Assembly (NCBI RefSeq): GCF_018350175.1
Contig: NC_058368.1
Coordinates: 33,234,001 to 33,298,000, forward strand
Length of the DNA stretch: 64,000 nt
Direction: 5' to 3'
Source: Felis catus
Taxonomy: Eukaryota
The position numbers were made by a program, and so were the translations under genes. Within the stretch, counting starts at the first letter, position 1, and each line of letters starts with the position of its first letter. Positions 39,043-51,587 of this stretch are shown piece by piece. Below the pieces are notes generated by a model. The model ran no database searches and was not told where the DNA came from. It worked only from the letters and a program-made list of their open reading frames with translations.

Positions 39043-39789
39043 ATTTAGAACAAGACAAAGAAAGAAAACGTGGTAGTTTTGCAATTGTGATCACATAATA
39101 ACAAATGTGATCCTCATAATAACAAATAAATATGTTCTAAAATAAAAGAGAATACACTTTCAGTACCTACCTAGAGGTAAGCTTATCTTTGGTGCAGACA
39201 GAAGTAGAAATTAGGAGGTACTAAGGTCAGAATTTATTAGGAGATACCTAATGTGTATTCAGTAAAAATCAAAATTTTCACATACGTTTTCTTAAAAATG
39301 GTCATAAGTTGACACTCGTGTGCCTTATGGATGGAATCAAAATAGAATAAATGCATAAAAGGACTATTATTCTTATGTTTTCTCCTGTAGGACCTTTTGT
39401 TTAAACATAAAATAGTCCACTGAAATATATACCATTATATCATATGAGCATGGCAAAACAGAAGTAAAAAAGCAGTCTGTTGCATCACAACAACTAATTG
39501 GAAGCCCTAAGGGAAGACAGATTATGTAATTGAAAAGTAATCAACAGTCCAAATTAATCGGGTTTTCTAAAACTTTGTTATAACCACTAACATTTAAGAA
39601 GTTTTTGTTTTGACCACCAGCTTAAGGCAATTGTTTGCCTCTTTATTCAGTTCCCTTTTTCTATAGTGAAATATGAAAACATAACCCACATATCATACAG
39701 ATGCCTCAACATTTTTGAATGTAAATTTGACATTCTGGAGGAATACTTCCTGAGATCTTTAATATTCAACAACTTGGTTATCAGTATTG

Positions 39790-39900
39790 CAAGTTCATTT
39801 CCTCAGTTCTGAAAAATGAAAAAAGGGCCATAATATCTTTTCCATGTGATTATTTGGGGTTATTAAATTAATACTCCATCAATTGAAAACAAAGTGAAGC
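39790..39900 (+). mobile_element. MIR fragment
   Basis: TTTCCTCAGTTCTGAAAAATG...ATTAAATTAATA, degenerate MIR core. Confidence 0.35.
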
Positions 39901-41060
39901 AAATGATAGTATCTCTCACTTGGTAATTATCTTATTTTAGCCTAGGAGACTGGAAATATGAATTATGTATCACAGATCTTCAAGAATATTTTTAATAACT
40001 CAAAAAAGTTAAGTTAATAAGTTTTAATGGTATAAATGTTACAAAAATGATTTGACGACTACTCCTATAAACCAGAATATAGACACTTGTCAGAAGTGGC
40101 ACAGTTTAACATGCATGTAAAGTCCATGTATGGTCAGTGAATGGACATATAGACTGCAGCTGTCAGTAATATATACTCAGGAACTGGAGAATTTATGGGG
40201 TATTTCTATGTGAAGAAGAGACGACAAGATTATCTACATGGGTAGCATTGAGGAGGAGAGTCTGCAAGGTACATATTTTATATTGCAAAAGAAAGGGTAT
40301 CACTGTAGACATGCAAGTTCTGTAATTTTGAATAGAAATTCTATTGTCTTTCTTCCCACTCCGTGGGAAAAAAATCGGGTTTGCTTTCATTTACATATTT
40401 ACTTTCGATATTCTTGATCTATAAATAAATGCATTCTTTCAATTATCTTTTGAATTGGCTATAAAATATGCCTGGTTCTTTCGCGAGTTAAGAAAATCTT
40501 TAACACATGTTTACTTTTATATCTGTATGATAAGCACGTTTTTTATTTTTTCCTGAAAATTGTCTTTAAAGTAATCACCCTTATAGTCAGTATCCTTCCA
40601 CTAGAATTCCTTTTCTGCATAAAACAGAAGTAGACACGTCTCGGTAACTTGTAGTACCCAACGTGAAACCTGCTTCTTTCTTTCCTTTGGTGTCATAAAC
40701 ACAGAGTTAGAACAGTTTGCTTTATCTCTTCACACGCCTCCTCCTCATCTGCTGGCAGAAATCAACAACACAATTTTTCACTAACTCTATATCATAAATA
40801 AGAGTGTGTGGCCTGCAATTCATTAGGAATATAAGAAGAAATGAGTAAAGATGAATGGTTCTTTATTTGGGAGTCCCAGATACTTTCAGGGAAGTATTAG
40901 AAGTTGGAAATGATGTCAAGATCATTAATTCATTTATCAGTAACAATTGTTGCCTAAAAAAACCTAGAAAGGATTTTTGGTTGATATTCCATTTCTTGTT
41001 TCTTGATGGGACTTTCTAAAATAATGAGAAAGTCTCCAGCTGTGCCATCACCAGTAAATA

Positions 41061-41529
41061 CAGTAGTCCCTCCCCACCACCACCTAAAACTTAGCCATGC
41101 AGGATGGGTTCCAAAATCCCCAGTGGATGCTTACAACCATGGATGGTGCAAACCCTACATATAATGTATTTTTTCCTTGCACATATATACTTATGATAAA
41201 GTTTGATTTAAGAATTAGCTACTGTTAGAGATTAATAACAAAATTAATAAGAAAATAGAAAAATTAGAACAGTATACTATAATAAAGTTATATGAATGTG
41301 GTCTTTCAAACTATTATACTGTAGTCAACACTTGTCTGTGATGATGTGAGACGATGAAATGCCTATGTAATGAGATAAAGTGAGGGGAATGACATAGGCA
41401 TTGGAACATACCATTAGGCTATTGTTGATTTTCTGGTACATCAGAAGGAGGACCACCTGCTTCTGCACCACGGTTTACTGTGGGTAACTGAAATTGTAGA
41501 AAGCAAACCGTGGATAAAGGGGGATACTG
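41061..41529. mobile_element. Tigger2a/MER28-type TcMar DNA transposon
   Basis: TIRs CAGTAGTCCC... and ...GGATAAAGGGGGATACTG, TA at left; internal TTCCAAAATCCCCAGTGGATGC and GATGATGTGAGACGATGAAATGCCTA. Confidence 0.85.
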
Positions 41530-41614
41530 TTGTACTTCAAATTGAGTATTTAGCAACTTTCTCAAAATACCTGATCGCTTGTAAATATTGGGTACATTTC
41601 TATAAATTAGAGAC

Positions 41615-41870
41615 TTCTACCATACATATTGAGCATTGCACTGCGATAAATGTTCTAAATGCGGGGGTTGTAGCAATAAGCAAAACAGGAAAAAAACCCA
41701 CAAAATATAAATAAAGATACTGTAATATAACACCAAGTAGTGCTAGATGTTACAAAGAAAAAAAGTAGGGTTGTGTGTATAGGATAGATATTAAAATCAG
41801 ATGATTAAAGAAGTCCATGAAAACATGAAATGTGTATATGAATTCAAATGAAAAGGCATGAATTACTTAA
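41615..41870 (-). mobile_element. L2 3' end remnant
   Basis: CATATTGAGCAT...GTTCTAAATGC-GGGG..TAGCAATAAGCAAAACAG, antisense L2 terminus pattern. Confidence 0.5.
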
Positions 41871-44642
41871 TAAAAAGATTCAGTGTAACTGCTGACTAAG
41901 TGTTCTCTGTCTTTATTAGCTCACAAGGTGAGAAAATATATTGAAAATGACACAAAGGACCAATTCGTAGTCATGCATGATGGCACTGAACTAATCCAAC
42001 TGCCAACCTCCCATTGATTTCAAGGGATCTGTATGCTCAGATCAGCTCTGCAGAGATGCAGAGCAAAGTGAGAAATTGACTCAGAGATATTTGACATCCA
42101 ATATGCTTGATTCAGTTTTTCTAACACGGATGAACATAACATTCTCTCAGGTTTAAAAAAAAATGGTGAGTTTTCTGTATGGCTCTATTGAACTTGAATT
42201 TCTTTTACAAGTATTCCCTCTGAAGAATTTTCTTATAAATAATTAAATAATTGTTATTTTTCTTCGAATAAAGTGTTATTGAAAACATTCATAGAAAATA
42301 GAGGAACTCAGCATCACATTTTGAAAAACAAATATTTCCATCTACTAACAAGTCCTTGATGTACAAACCTAAGGGATATAATTGGGGGCATTTTAAATTA
42401 TTGTGCAGTGGAAAAATAAATCACGTGGATAGCTAGGTATAATTCAGGAATTCTTTATTTATGTGTGAGTGTGTTTTTTAGTAAACCTAACAGTGATGAG
42501 TGTCTGACTGAAGGAATATTACCCACTAGAAGACACAAATCTTGTATGAAAATTCAACTTAATCCTCAAAGACTATAAAAATCTCAGCATATGTCCTTCA
42601 TTAAAAAAAAAAGTTAAATTTTAGTCTCCATCCTTAGGTATTCTTCACATTATTAAAGAGCCCTTCCTTAAAGAAACATAGTAGATTTAAACATATCTAG
42701 ACGTATATCTTCTAAAAGAGAGAATCTTCTTAGATGGCATCTCCCAAAAGATGCTAAAAAGTGCTTTATTTTGTTCTCAGCTATAATTATCATCATATAC
42801 AGGCACACCTCCTTTCATTGCACTTTCCTTTATTGTGCTTTGCAGATAATGCAGGGTTTTTTGTTTGTTTGTTTTGTTTTTAGTAAATTGAAGCTTTGTG
42901 GCAACCCCACATCAAGCAATTCTTTCGGGGCCATTTTTTCCAAGGACATTTGCTCATTTTGTGTGTCTATGTCACATTTTGGTAATTCTTGCAATATATC
43001 AAATTTTTCATTGTTATTATGTTTGTTATGGTGATCTGTGTTATCTTTGATATTACTCTTGTAATTCTTTGGGGGCCCAAGCAAAACAGCCTTATTGCTG
43101 ATACAGAGAAAGTTATAGTGGTTTGGATAGGAGATCAAAACAGCCACAATATTCCCTTAAGCCAAAACCTAATCCAACACAAGACTCTAACTCCTTTCAA
43201 TTCTATGAAGGTTGAAAGAGGTGAGGAAGCAACAACAGAAAAGTGAGAAGCTATCAGAGGTAGGTTCATAAGGTTTAAGAGAAGAGGCAATCTTTATAAC
43301 CTAAAAATTTAAGGTGAAGCTACAAGTCCTGATGTAGAAGCTGTAGTAAGTTACCCAGAAAATCTAGCTAAGGTCATTAATGATGGTTGCTACCCTAAAC
43401 AACATGTGTTTGTTGGAAACAAAATAGCCTTCTATTGGAAGAAAGTGCCATCTGGGCCTTTCTTAGCTAGAAAGGAGAAGTCAATGCCCGGCTTCAAAGG
43501 ACAGGCTGACTCTCTTGTTAGGGGCTAATGCAGCTAGTGACTATAAATTGAAGCCAATCCTCATTGAGCATTCTGAAAATGCCAGGGCCCTTAACTTATA
43601 CTAAATCTACTCTGCCTGTGTTCTATAAATGGAAAAACAAAGGCTGAGGGTGATAGCATATCTGTTTATGCCATGGTTTTATTGAATATTTTAAGCAAAA
43701 TATGGAGACCTGCTCAAAAAGTGATTACCTTCAAAATAACACTTTTGGCAGCATACCTGGTCACCTAAGAGCTTTGATGGAGATGTACAACAAGACTAAT
43801 GTTGTTTTCATGCCTGCTAACACAACATCCATTCTGCAGCTCATGGATCAAGGGGTAAATTTGATTTTCAAGTCTTATTATGTAAGAAACATATTTGGTA
43901 AGCTGCCATGGATAGTGATTTCTCCGATGGATCTGGGCACAGTAAATTGAAAACCTTCTGGAAAGGATTCACTATTCTAGATGCCAGTAAGAACACTCAT
44001 GATTCATGGGAAGACTTCAAAATATCAACCTTCACAGGAGTTTGAAAGAAGTTGATCCCAACCCTCATGGATGACTTTGAGGGGCTTTGAGGGGTTCATG
44101 ACTTCAATGGAGGAAGTAACTACAGACGTGTTGGAAATAGCAAGTTAATTAGAATTAGAAGTGGAGCCTGAAGATGAGACTGCACTTGCTGCAATCTCCT
44201 GATAAAAATTTAACAGATGAGGAGTTGCTTCTTAGAGATGAGCAAAGAAAATGGCTTCTTGAGATGAAATCTCCTGATGAAGATGCTGTGAAGATTATTG
44301 AAGTGGCAACAAAGGATATGCAATCTGACATAAACTTAGTTGATTAAGCAGTGGCAGGATTTGAAAAGACGGACTCCAAATTGGAAAGAAGTTCTATCAT
44401 GGATAAATGCTATCAACAATATCACATGCTACAGAGAAATCATGTATGAAAGGCAGGGTCAATCGGTGTGGCAAATTTATCGTTGTCTTATAGTAAGAAA
44501 TTGCCACAGCTACCCTAGTCATCATCAACCACTACCTTGATCAATCAGCAGCCATCAACATTGATGCAAGACCCTCTACCACCAAAAAGATTACAACTAC
44601 CTGAAAGCTCAGATGATGGTTAGCATTTCTTAGCCATGAAGT

Positions 44643-44854
44643 ATTGTCTTTAATTTTTTTTTCTTTTGAAAGAGAGAGAAATAGAGAACTGGCAAGGGAG
44701 GGGAGAGAGAGAGAGTGGGTGACAGAATCCCAAGCAGGACCCACATATTCAACATGGTGCTCAATGTGGGGCTTGAACTCATGAACCATGAGATCATGGC
44801 CTGAGCCTAAATCAAGGCTCAGATGCTTAACCGACTGAGCCACCCAGGCACCTC
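44643..44854 (-). mobile_element. Can-SINE in Tigger1
   Basis: TSD AGCCATGAAGT at 44632-44642 and 44855-44865. Confidence 0.92.
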
Positions 44855-44887
44855 AGCCATGAAGTGTTTTTTAAGTAAGGTATACAT

Positions 44888-45063
44888 GGGGTCGCTGGGT
44901 GGCTCAGTTGGCTATGTGTTGACTTCAGCTCAGGTCATGATCTTATAGTTTGTGGGTTTGAGCCCCGCATTAGACTCTGTGCTGACAGCTCAGAGCCTGG
45001 AGCCTTCTTTGGATTCTGTGTGTCTCTCTCTGTTCCTCAAAAATAAATAAACATTTAAAAAAT
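44888..45063 (+). mobile_element. Can-SINE in Tigger1 (short CT tract)
   Basis: TSD TAAGGTATACA at 44876-44886 and 45064-45074. Confidence 0.92.
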
Positions 45064-45664
45064 TAAGGTATACAAATTGGTTTTTTTAGACATATGCTAC
45101 TACACACTTAATAGGTTATAGTATAATGTAAATATAACTTTTATATGTACTAGGAAACCAAAAAAAAATGTCTCCCTTTGTCTTGACAAAAAAAAAAAAA
45201 TTTTTTTCTCTTGCTATGGTCTGGAACCAGCCCACAATGTTTCCAAGATATGCCTCTACTATATTTGTTTCCATGAATTCTTCTAGTTTTAAACTTATGT
45301 CTTAATATGGTATTCTCTAATTTTTTTGTAAATGGGCCTTCAGGAACCTTATTATAAAAAAGATTTTTATTGTTTGAGACCTGGGATATCAGAACATATT
45401 ATCAGACACCTTTTACTCAACACATGAATAGAGGAATTAAATTTAATTGAAACTTTAAACTTAAATTTAAACTTAATTTCTAGGGATGTGTAATTAACTC
45501 CTAGATATATAATTGGTGATTAAAACAATAAAAAATACCAAAAACCAACAAAAATTCCCCAAATTAAAATTTTTACATATTTTTCAATTACAAATAATGT
45601 AAGGTTTAACTGACAGATAACTTTCGTGTCATAGACATACCCACATAAATACACCTGTACTCAC

Positions 45665-45753
45665 CTGTAGGATATAGATATGTTGCCAAACATTCAGTCA
45701 TGTTTTTCATCTGATCCACTGCAATCTTTTCTTTCTGTGTTCGATATACTTTC
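45665..45753 (-). other. Candidate 89-nt spliced exon, gene unknown
   Basis: Minus strand ...ctattattttag|GAAAG...CCTACAG|gtgagt; one open frame KVYRTQKEKIAVDQMKNMTECLATYLYPT. Confidence 0.3.
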
Positions 45754-46444
45754 CTAAAATAATAGTTTATACTTAAAAAAAATTGACAGGTTGTTTACCA
45801 GAAAAATTGTATTCTTCACCAAAATGAAGGGAATGTTTTCTGTCTTGATCTATCTTTAAACAGAGAAATCCTACTGATTTTGTGATGAGCTTCAAGGGGC
45901 ACAGAGCAAGATGAAACATGCCTAGTGCTCCTCAGATCTGCCAGGCTGCAGGCAGGATTTGGTATATCACTGTGGTCTCTTAAAAGAGAACATTGATATA
46001 CAGCGTTTGGGAAATTAACACTGTGCATTACCCTCTGCTCATACGCATAGTAACATTTTTCACGAGTGACTTTCTTGTTTCTGAAACAAAATTCATGATC
46101 ACTTGCAAATTGTTTAAATAAAAAAAAAAAAACGCACTGTTGCGCACACATATACGGAAGTAACATAGAACTCAAAACAACAGCTATAGCCGTTCCTTGA
46201 GTCATTGCATTATTTAGGATAAATCCCTTACTGGCTTGGAAGTGTGTTTTCATTCATTCCTTTAAGGATTTATTTATTCAGCCAACTTTTCTGTAAAATG
46301 AAGTAAGCTCCTTTATATTGCACTCAACATGGATACTATAAGGATAATTTAGACAGTCTATTCTCTATGGAAGCCCAAAAGTTGGCAAGGAGGGGAAAGA
46401 AATGAATATCTAAAGTAGGGCTGATCAAGAGAGATTTGAACAAC

Positions 46445-46900
46445 AGTGGAATTATTCAATATCTGTGTTGTCCAATATAGTAGCCATTCGCCATATGTAG
46501 CTGTTGATCACTTGGAGTGTGGCTAGTACAGTGAAAAGCTGACATTTGAAGTGTATTTAATTTGGGGCGCCTGGGTGGCTCAGTCGGTTAAGCTTCTGAC
46601 TTCGCTCAGGTCATGATCTTCCAGTCCGTGAGTTTAAGCCCCTCCTCGGGCTCTGTGCCGACAGCTCAGAGCCTGGAGCCTGTTTCAGATTCTGTGCCTC
46701 CGTCTCTCTATGACCCTCCCCCGTTCATGGTCTGTCTTTCTTTGTCTCAAAAATAAATACACGTTAAAAAATTTTTTAAACAAATAAAATGTATTTAACG
46801 TAATTAAAATTTAGTGTATTTAATAAATTAATTTATTTAATTTCATTAACATTTAATTTGAAATAACCACATATGTCTAGTGACTATCATATTGGACAGA
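46445..46900 (+). mobile_element. MER3-type hAT-Charlie element split by a SINE
   Basis: TGTCCAATATAGTAGCCATTCGCCATATGTAGCT left; CCACATATGTCTAGTGACTATCATATTGGACAG right. Confidence 0.8.
46564..46786 (+). mobile_element. Can-SINE in MER3
   Basis: Full body; flanked by TGTATTTAA repeats. Confidence 0.93.
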
Positions 46901-47334
46901 ATAAATATAGGATAGGACATTTTAAAAATTACTATACATTGGGGAATAAGTATATGGTATTCATTTTAAGAAATCCTGATTTTTGAAACTTTCCTTAGTA
47001 CTCTTTAAGAATATGGGAATATATCTGAGAATAAGACGTAGAAAATAAAGAAGTTTATACCAGAATACTGAAAGAAAATACATAAATACTATACCTTATA
47101 ATAAATAAGTATATACTATACCTGGTAATGATAACTACTCTGAACAAAAGGCTAAAGCAAGGTAATGTAAATAAAAACTGTCTGCATATACTGTTTATAC
47201 AAGTGATGGCGAGTAACACTTTTATGATAAAGTGATATTGAGTACAGATTTCAGCATAATGAGAGGAAGGAGCCAGGTTGATATTCAAAGAAAAAATATT
47301 TCAGAGAAGATATAGTACTCTGGTACAAATACTC

Positions 47335-47893
47335 TGTGGCAGACACACTCTAAGGATGGTCCCATGATCCTCCGTTCTTGATATCTATGACTATGTAATC
47401 TTGAGTGTGGACAGAAATAGGGACTTGCTTTTAATCAATGGCACAAAGCAATGGTGTTTAGATGTGCTTCTCCACTTAGGGTGCTAAAGGTTGTAATATC
47501 TCTCTTGCTAGAACTGTTTCTGGCTTGCTTGGATGCAACAAGTAGCCATTTCAAAGGGACTCATGTGGCATGAAACTGAGGACGACCTCCAGCAAACAAC
47601 TAGCTATGAAACGAGGGCAGCTTCTGGCCAATAGCTAGCAAGAAATGGGCCCTTGGACCAATAGGCTGCAAAAAGTAATTTCTGTCAACGTCTCAGTTTT
47701 GACTCAGCTGTTTCCAAATCAAGCCTCAGATAGAACTGCCACCCCAGCTGCCTTTTGATTACAGCCTTCTGGAATCTTTCAGAAGGCCACCCAGTTAGGT
47801 TATGCCTAGACTTCTGTCCTATGGAGACCGAGATGTTAAATGAGTATTTTAAACCACTGTATTATGGTGACGTTGCTATGCTGGTATAGACCT
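47335..47893 (+). mobile_element. MaLR solo LTR (MLT1E/F-like)
   Basis: TGTGGCAGAC..CTCTAAG..CCCATGATCC..CTTGAGTGTGG..GACTTGCTT start; TTTTAAACCACTG near end. Confidence 0.75.
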
Positions 47894-47899
47894 TAAGGA

Positions 47900-48585
47900 A
47901 AAAGCATATTTTGCATGTTCTAAAATGCAAAATGGTAGTGAATGGGTCCACGAAGAAGGAAAAGGTCATTTAGAGTCTTGGAATTAATTTAATTTTTTTT
48001 AATTTTTATTAAGAATAAAATTATAGCCATTTGGAGTGTTTCATTTAGAAGCTTATCATACAGTGCATTTAGAAATATCTGTGTAGATATTAGGTGAAGA
48101 AAAACCCATAGGGACCAGGCATTAGTAATGAGGCTATTAGTTGGCCCTTGGAATAATCTAGGTGCGAAGTGAAGATGGGCTGACCTAGAAGGATAGTAGT
48201 GAAAGTACTGGAAGTCTGAAAATTCTAGCTATGTTTCTGGGTGCCTGGTTGACTTAGTCAGTTGAGCATCTGACTCTTGGTTTAGGCTCAGGTCATGATC
48301 CCAGGGTTGTGAGATTGAGCCCCACATCCAGCTCTGGGCTATGTGTGGAGCCTGCTTAACATTCTCTAACTCTCTCTCTCCCTCTGCCCCTCCTCCTGCT
48401 CTCTCTCTCACCCTCTCTCTCTCTCTAAAAAAAAAAAAAAAAAAAAACAAAAAAAAAACCAAAAAAAAAACTATGTTTGAAAAGTGTTGGCACAACGGTT
48501 TTGCTATTACCAGTGACTTGAGGATTATGAACAAAAGAGATTATAATGACCCTAAGATTTTTGGCTTTCCAGCTTTGTATATCAG
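47900..48585 (-). mobile_element. L2 remnant
   Basis: GAGGCTATT...AATAATCTAGGTGCGAAG...GATGGGCTGACCTAG and ATGACCCTAAGATTTTTGGCTT, antisense L2 pattern. Confidence 0.5.
48239..48470 (+). mobile_element. Older Can-SINE with long A tail
   Basis: TSD CTATGTTT at 48229-48236 and 48471-48478. Confidence 0.9.
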
Positions 48586-49081
48586 TTTTCATTGAACACA
48601 TTTATTTGTGATTTTTATAATGTAACCATCCAAAAAGTATATTTTGATGATTTTAATTCAATTGAACCAATATTTAACTGCTTTAATGTATGCCAGAATA
48701 GGTTAAATGGCTCATTACTTATACAAATAAATACAAAGTGGGCAATCCTACTAAAATCTGCCATCAACCTTGGGTATTTACATACTTCTTTTTTGTTTTT
48801 TGTTTTTTGCTTAGTGTTGTTTTTAAGGGGGTTTACTAATATGAACTCAATGGATTTAAGCCATAAATAAAAGGAACAAATAATAGGAGAGTGAATATAT
48901 TGTAATAGTTGATCACTAAGGAAGAAAATAGCTTCAACAAAACATGAGGTTTTTATTTACTCATAAAATTATTAAACATTTTTAAATGTATGATAAAATG
49001 TATTCCATTATTTGTTAATTTACCTAGATAGCTATAAGCAAGTACAAAATTTAAAGAGGTCATAAATGCCTCGTGATTCAC

Positions 49082-49973
49082 TTTTTTTTTTTTTTTTTGA
49101 GTCTAATTGACCACATGAAGTTACCTAGGTTTCTGGTATAGACATAGTGATTCAGCAACTCTGTATGTACATTATGCTATGATCACAACTGTAGCTACCG
49201 TCTGTCACCATACAATGCTATTACAATACCATTGACTATAGTCCCTATACTGTGCCTTTTGTTACCATGACTTACTCATTAAATAACTGGAAGCCTACAC
49301 CGGGATCGCTCGCTCTCCCTCTCGCTCTCCTTCTCTCTCTCTCTCTTCCTCTCGAGGATTGTACCCATCCTCTAACCCTCTGCCCCCCTTCCCCTGGCAA
49401 CCATCAGATTGTTCTCTTTATTTATAGGTCTGATTCTGCTTTTTGTTTCTTTATTTGATTTGATTTTTAGATTCCACATATGAGTGAAATCACACGGTAT
49501 GTGTCTTTCTGCGTCTGATTTATTTTACCTACCATAATACCGCTAGATCTACCTATGTTGTCCCACATGGCAAGATCACATCCTTTCTGCTGTGTATATA
49601 CATACCACAACCCCTTTATCCATTCATGTATCACTGAGCACTTGGGCTGCTTCCATATCTTGGCAATTGTAAATAACGCTGCAATAAACATAAAGGTGCT
49701 ATAACTTTTCAAATTTTGTTTTCCTTGGATAAATACTGACTAGTAGAAATGTTCAATTATAAGGTCTTTCTATTTTTAAGTTTTTGAGGAACCTCCCTGT
49801 TTTCCACAAGGAATATCACAAAGCTGTAATAATCAGAACAGTATGGTACTGTCACAAAAATATACACATAGATCATTGGGACAGAATAGAGAGCCCAGGA
49901 ATAAAACCATACTTATATGGTAACTTAATCTATGACAAAGGAGATAAGAATATAGAATGCAGGAAAAGATAGT
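49082..49973 (-). mobile_element. L1 with 5' inversion (3' end on minus to ~49808; ORF2 piece on plus ~49809-49973)
   Basis: TSD CTC(G/A)TGATTCAC at 49070-49081 and 49974-49985; plus segment encodes [28 protein letters not shown] (L1 ORF2). Confidence 0.85.
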
Positions 49974-51587
49974 CTCATGATTCACGTTTTGTAAAAAAAA
50001 CAAAGCAATACTGATAATTTAAAAACATATTTACACATACACAAAAAATGTTTTCAAATGTATGAAATCCCAAATAACTAATACATTTATACATCTGGCT
50101 CTATTTATATAATCTTGTGTTATTTTTATTTATCTTTCTATTGTCCTTTGAACACAGAACATGTACAAAATTTTCATCAGAATAAAACTAGATAATTAGA
50201 ATAATTACATAATCAGAACATTCAATAAAATAGTCTTTACAAAATATATGAAATTATATCCTTCTAAACAGGGATATTTGAAACCACTCCCCTTTGGCTC
50301 ATTTCATCCCTACGATCTCGAAAAAGATAAAGTGTAATGCTAACTTAATGATAGCTTATGAATAGCATAGGTATGACTAGTCTTTTCATCATTCATTCAA
50401 AAGTTTTTAGTAGGTCTTCCCCAAAAATCCTCAGCACAGAATAAAATACAGCAATATCTAAAAAATAATTATATATACATGTATATATATACATACACAC
50501 ATACATATATATAACAAATTTCATATCTAGATATAGATATACACACAAGAACAAGTTTTCCATGAGTTTATTTCTTGAATGAGTATGTAACATTTTCATC
50601 TTTGATTCATTTGGCACAATAACAGCTTTAACTCACACGTGATTATTGTGGAATAGCTATTATTTAATAAAGGTTAAGTATGCTGGAAACAAAACATAAA
50701 ATTGTTTGTAGTACAGACCTTTGAAGATTAGTAACTCTTAAATAAGCTCACATCTTGAGAAAATCATAGCAACATTTCTACCTACAATATCTCAGGAACA
50801 AGTGTATTCATTGGCTTAGAAATGTTATGGTGGTTAGATCCCTAAATCATTGACTATGGGTATAAACACATTGCTGATTAGTGTAGTATGTTGTATGAGG
50901 TTGCAATGGAAAGATGAATTAGGCAAAATCAGAATTGTACATGTGCCCTTTAAAGATAAAAAATAATGTAATAGACTAAATTACTTGTAAAGCATATTTC
51001 ATGGTATTTTGAAAAGCATTACAAAGTTTCACAGAAATAATTCAAATAACACCTTTCTAAAAATAATTTTTAAAAAGGGTAATGAGCTGTGTCCCTTTCT
51101 ACATGTCAGGATCTTTTAAATAAAATGTTCCAGTGAAAATTACATATCGTATTTCATTTCTGTAGCAATATATGGAATATCTCCAAACCATTATTTGTAT
51201 GTAGTATTGCTTGTATCTGTTTCCTTTTAATTTTTGAATGTGATTATTATACATGATGCCAATAGAAATCAATAATTATAGTTACTAAATCTGAAACACT
51301 AGCAACATTCCTATTTCTCCTTCAAACATGAACCTGCAGGAAAGGAATATAGTCACATCTACTTGCAACATAGTTACATGTATGTACTTTTCATATAGAT
51401 TTTATACCCCTGGGTTACAAAATAAAGGGAAAATGTTTAATCGGAATGAGAGTTGGTAGAAACTGTGGCAGTGAAGAAGTGGATGATGTCTTTAATCTAC
51501 CTTTTCCCAAATATGGTCTGTGAAAATCATGAGGAGTACCTAGTAAATTATCATCTCTGGGCATTAAGTTTGGACATCTGCATTTTA

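Larger units (their letters stand above)
42800..45256 (+). mobile_element. Tigger1 DNA transposon, internally deleted, decayed transposase
   Basis: TA-CAGGCACACCTC left TIR, ATATGCCTC-TA right TIR; ORF fragments [33 protein letters not shown] and PGHLRALMEMY...FMPANTTSILQLMDQGV are Tigger1/TIGD1-like; many stops and frameshifts. Confidence 0.95.

Noticed and set aside
39086..39126. TGTGATC(A/CT)CATAATAACAAA duplication as a regulatory repeat
   Set aside because: A simple two-copy local duplication, like those near 2108-2143 and 60487-60522
42151..42165. 15-nt plus-strand microexon (ctctcag|GTTTAAAAAAAAATG|gtgagt)
   Set aside because: Good donor but short pyrimidine tract, and the exon is mostly a slippage-prone A-run; no independent support
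42989..44540. Domesticated TIGD1-like gene
   Set aside because: Start deleted, many stops and frameshifts; an ordinary Tigger1 fossil
45816..46253. 145-aa ORF as a protein-coding gene
   Set aside because: No recognisable domain, crosses a poly-A/T tract, chance-like composition
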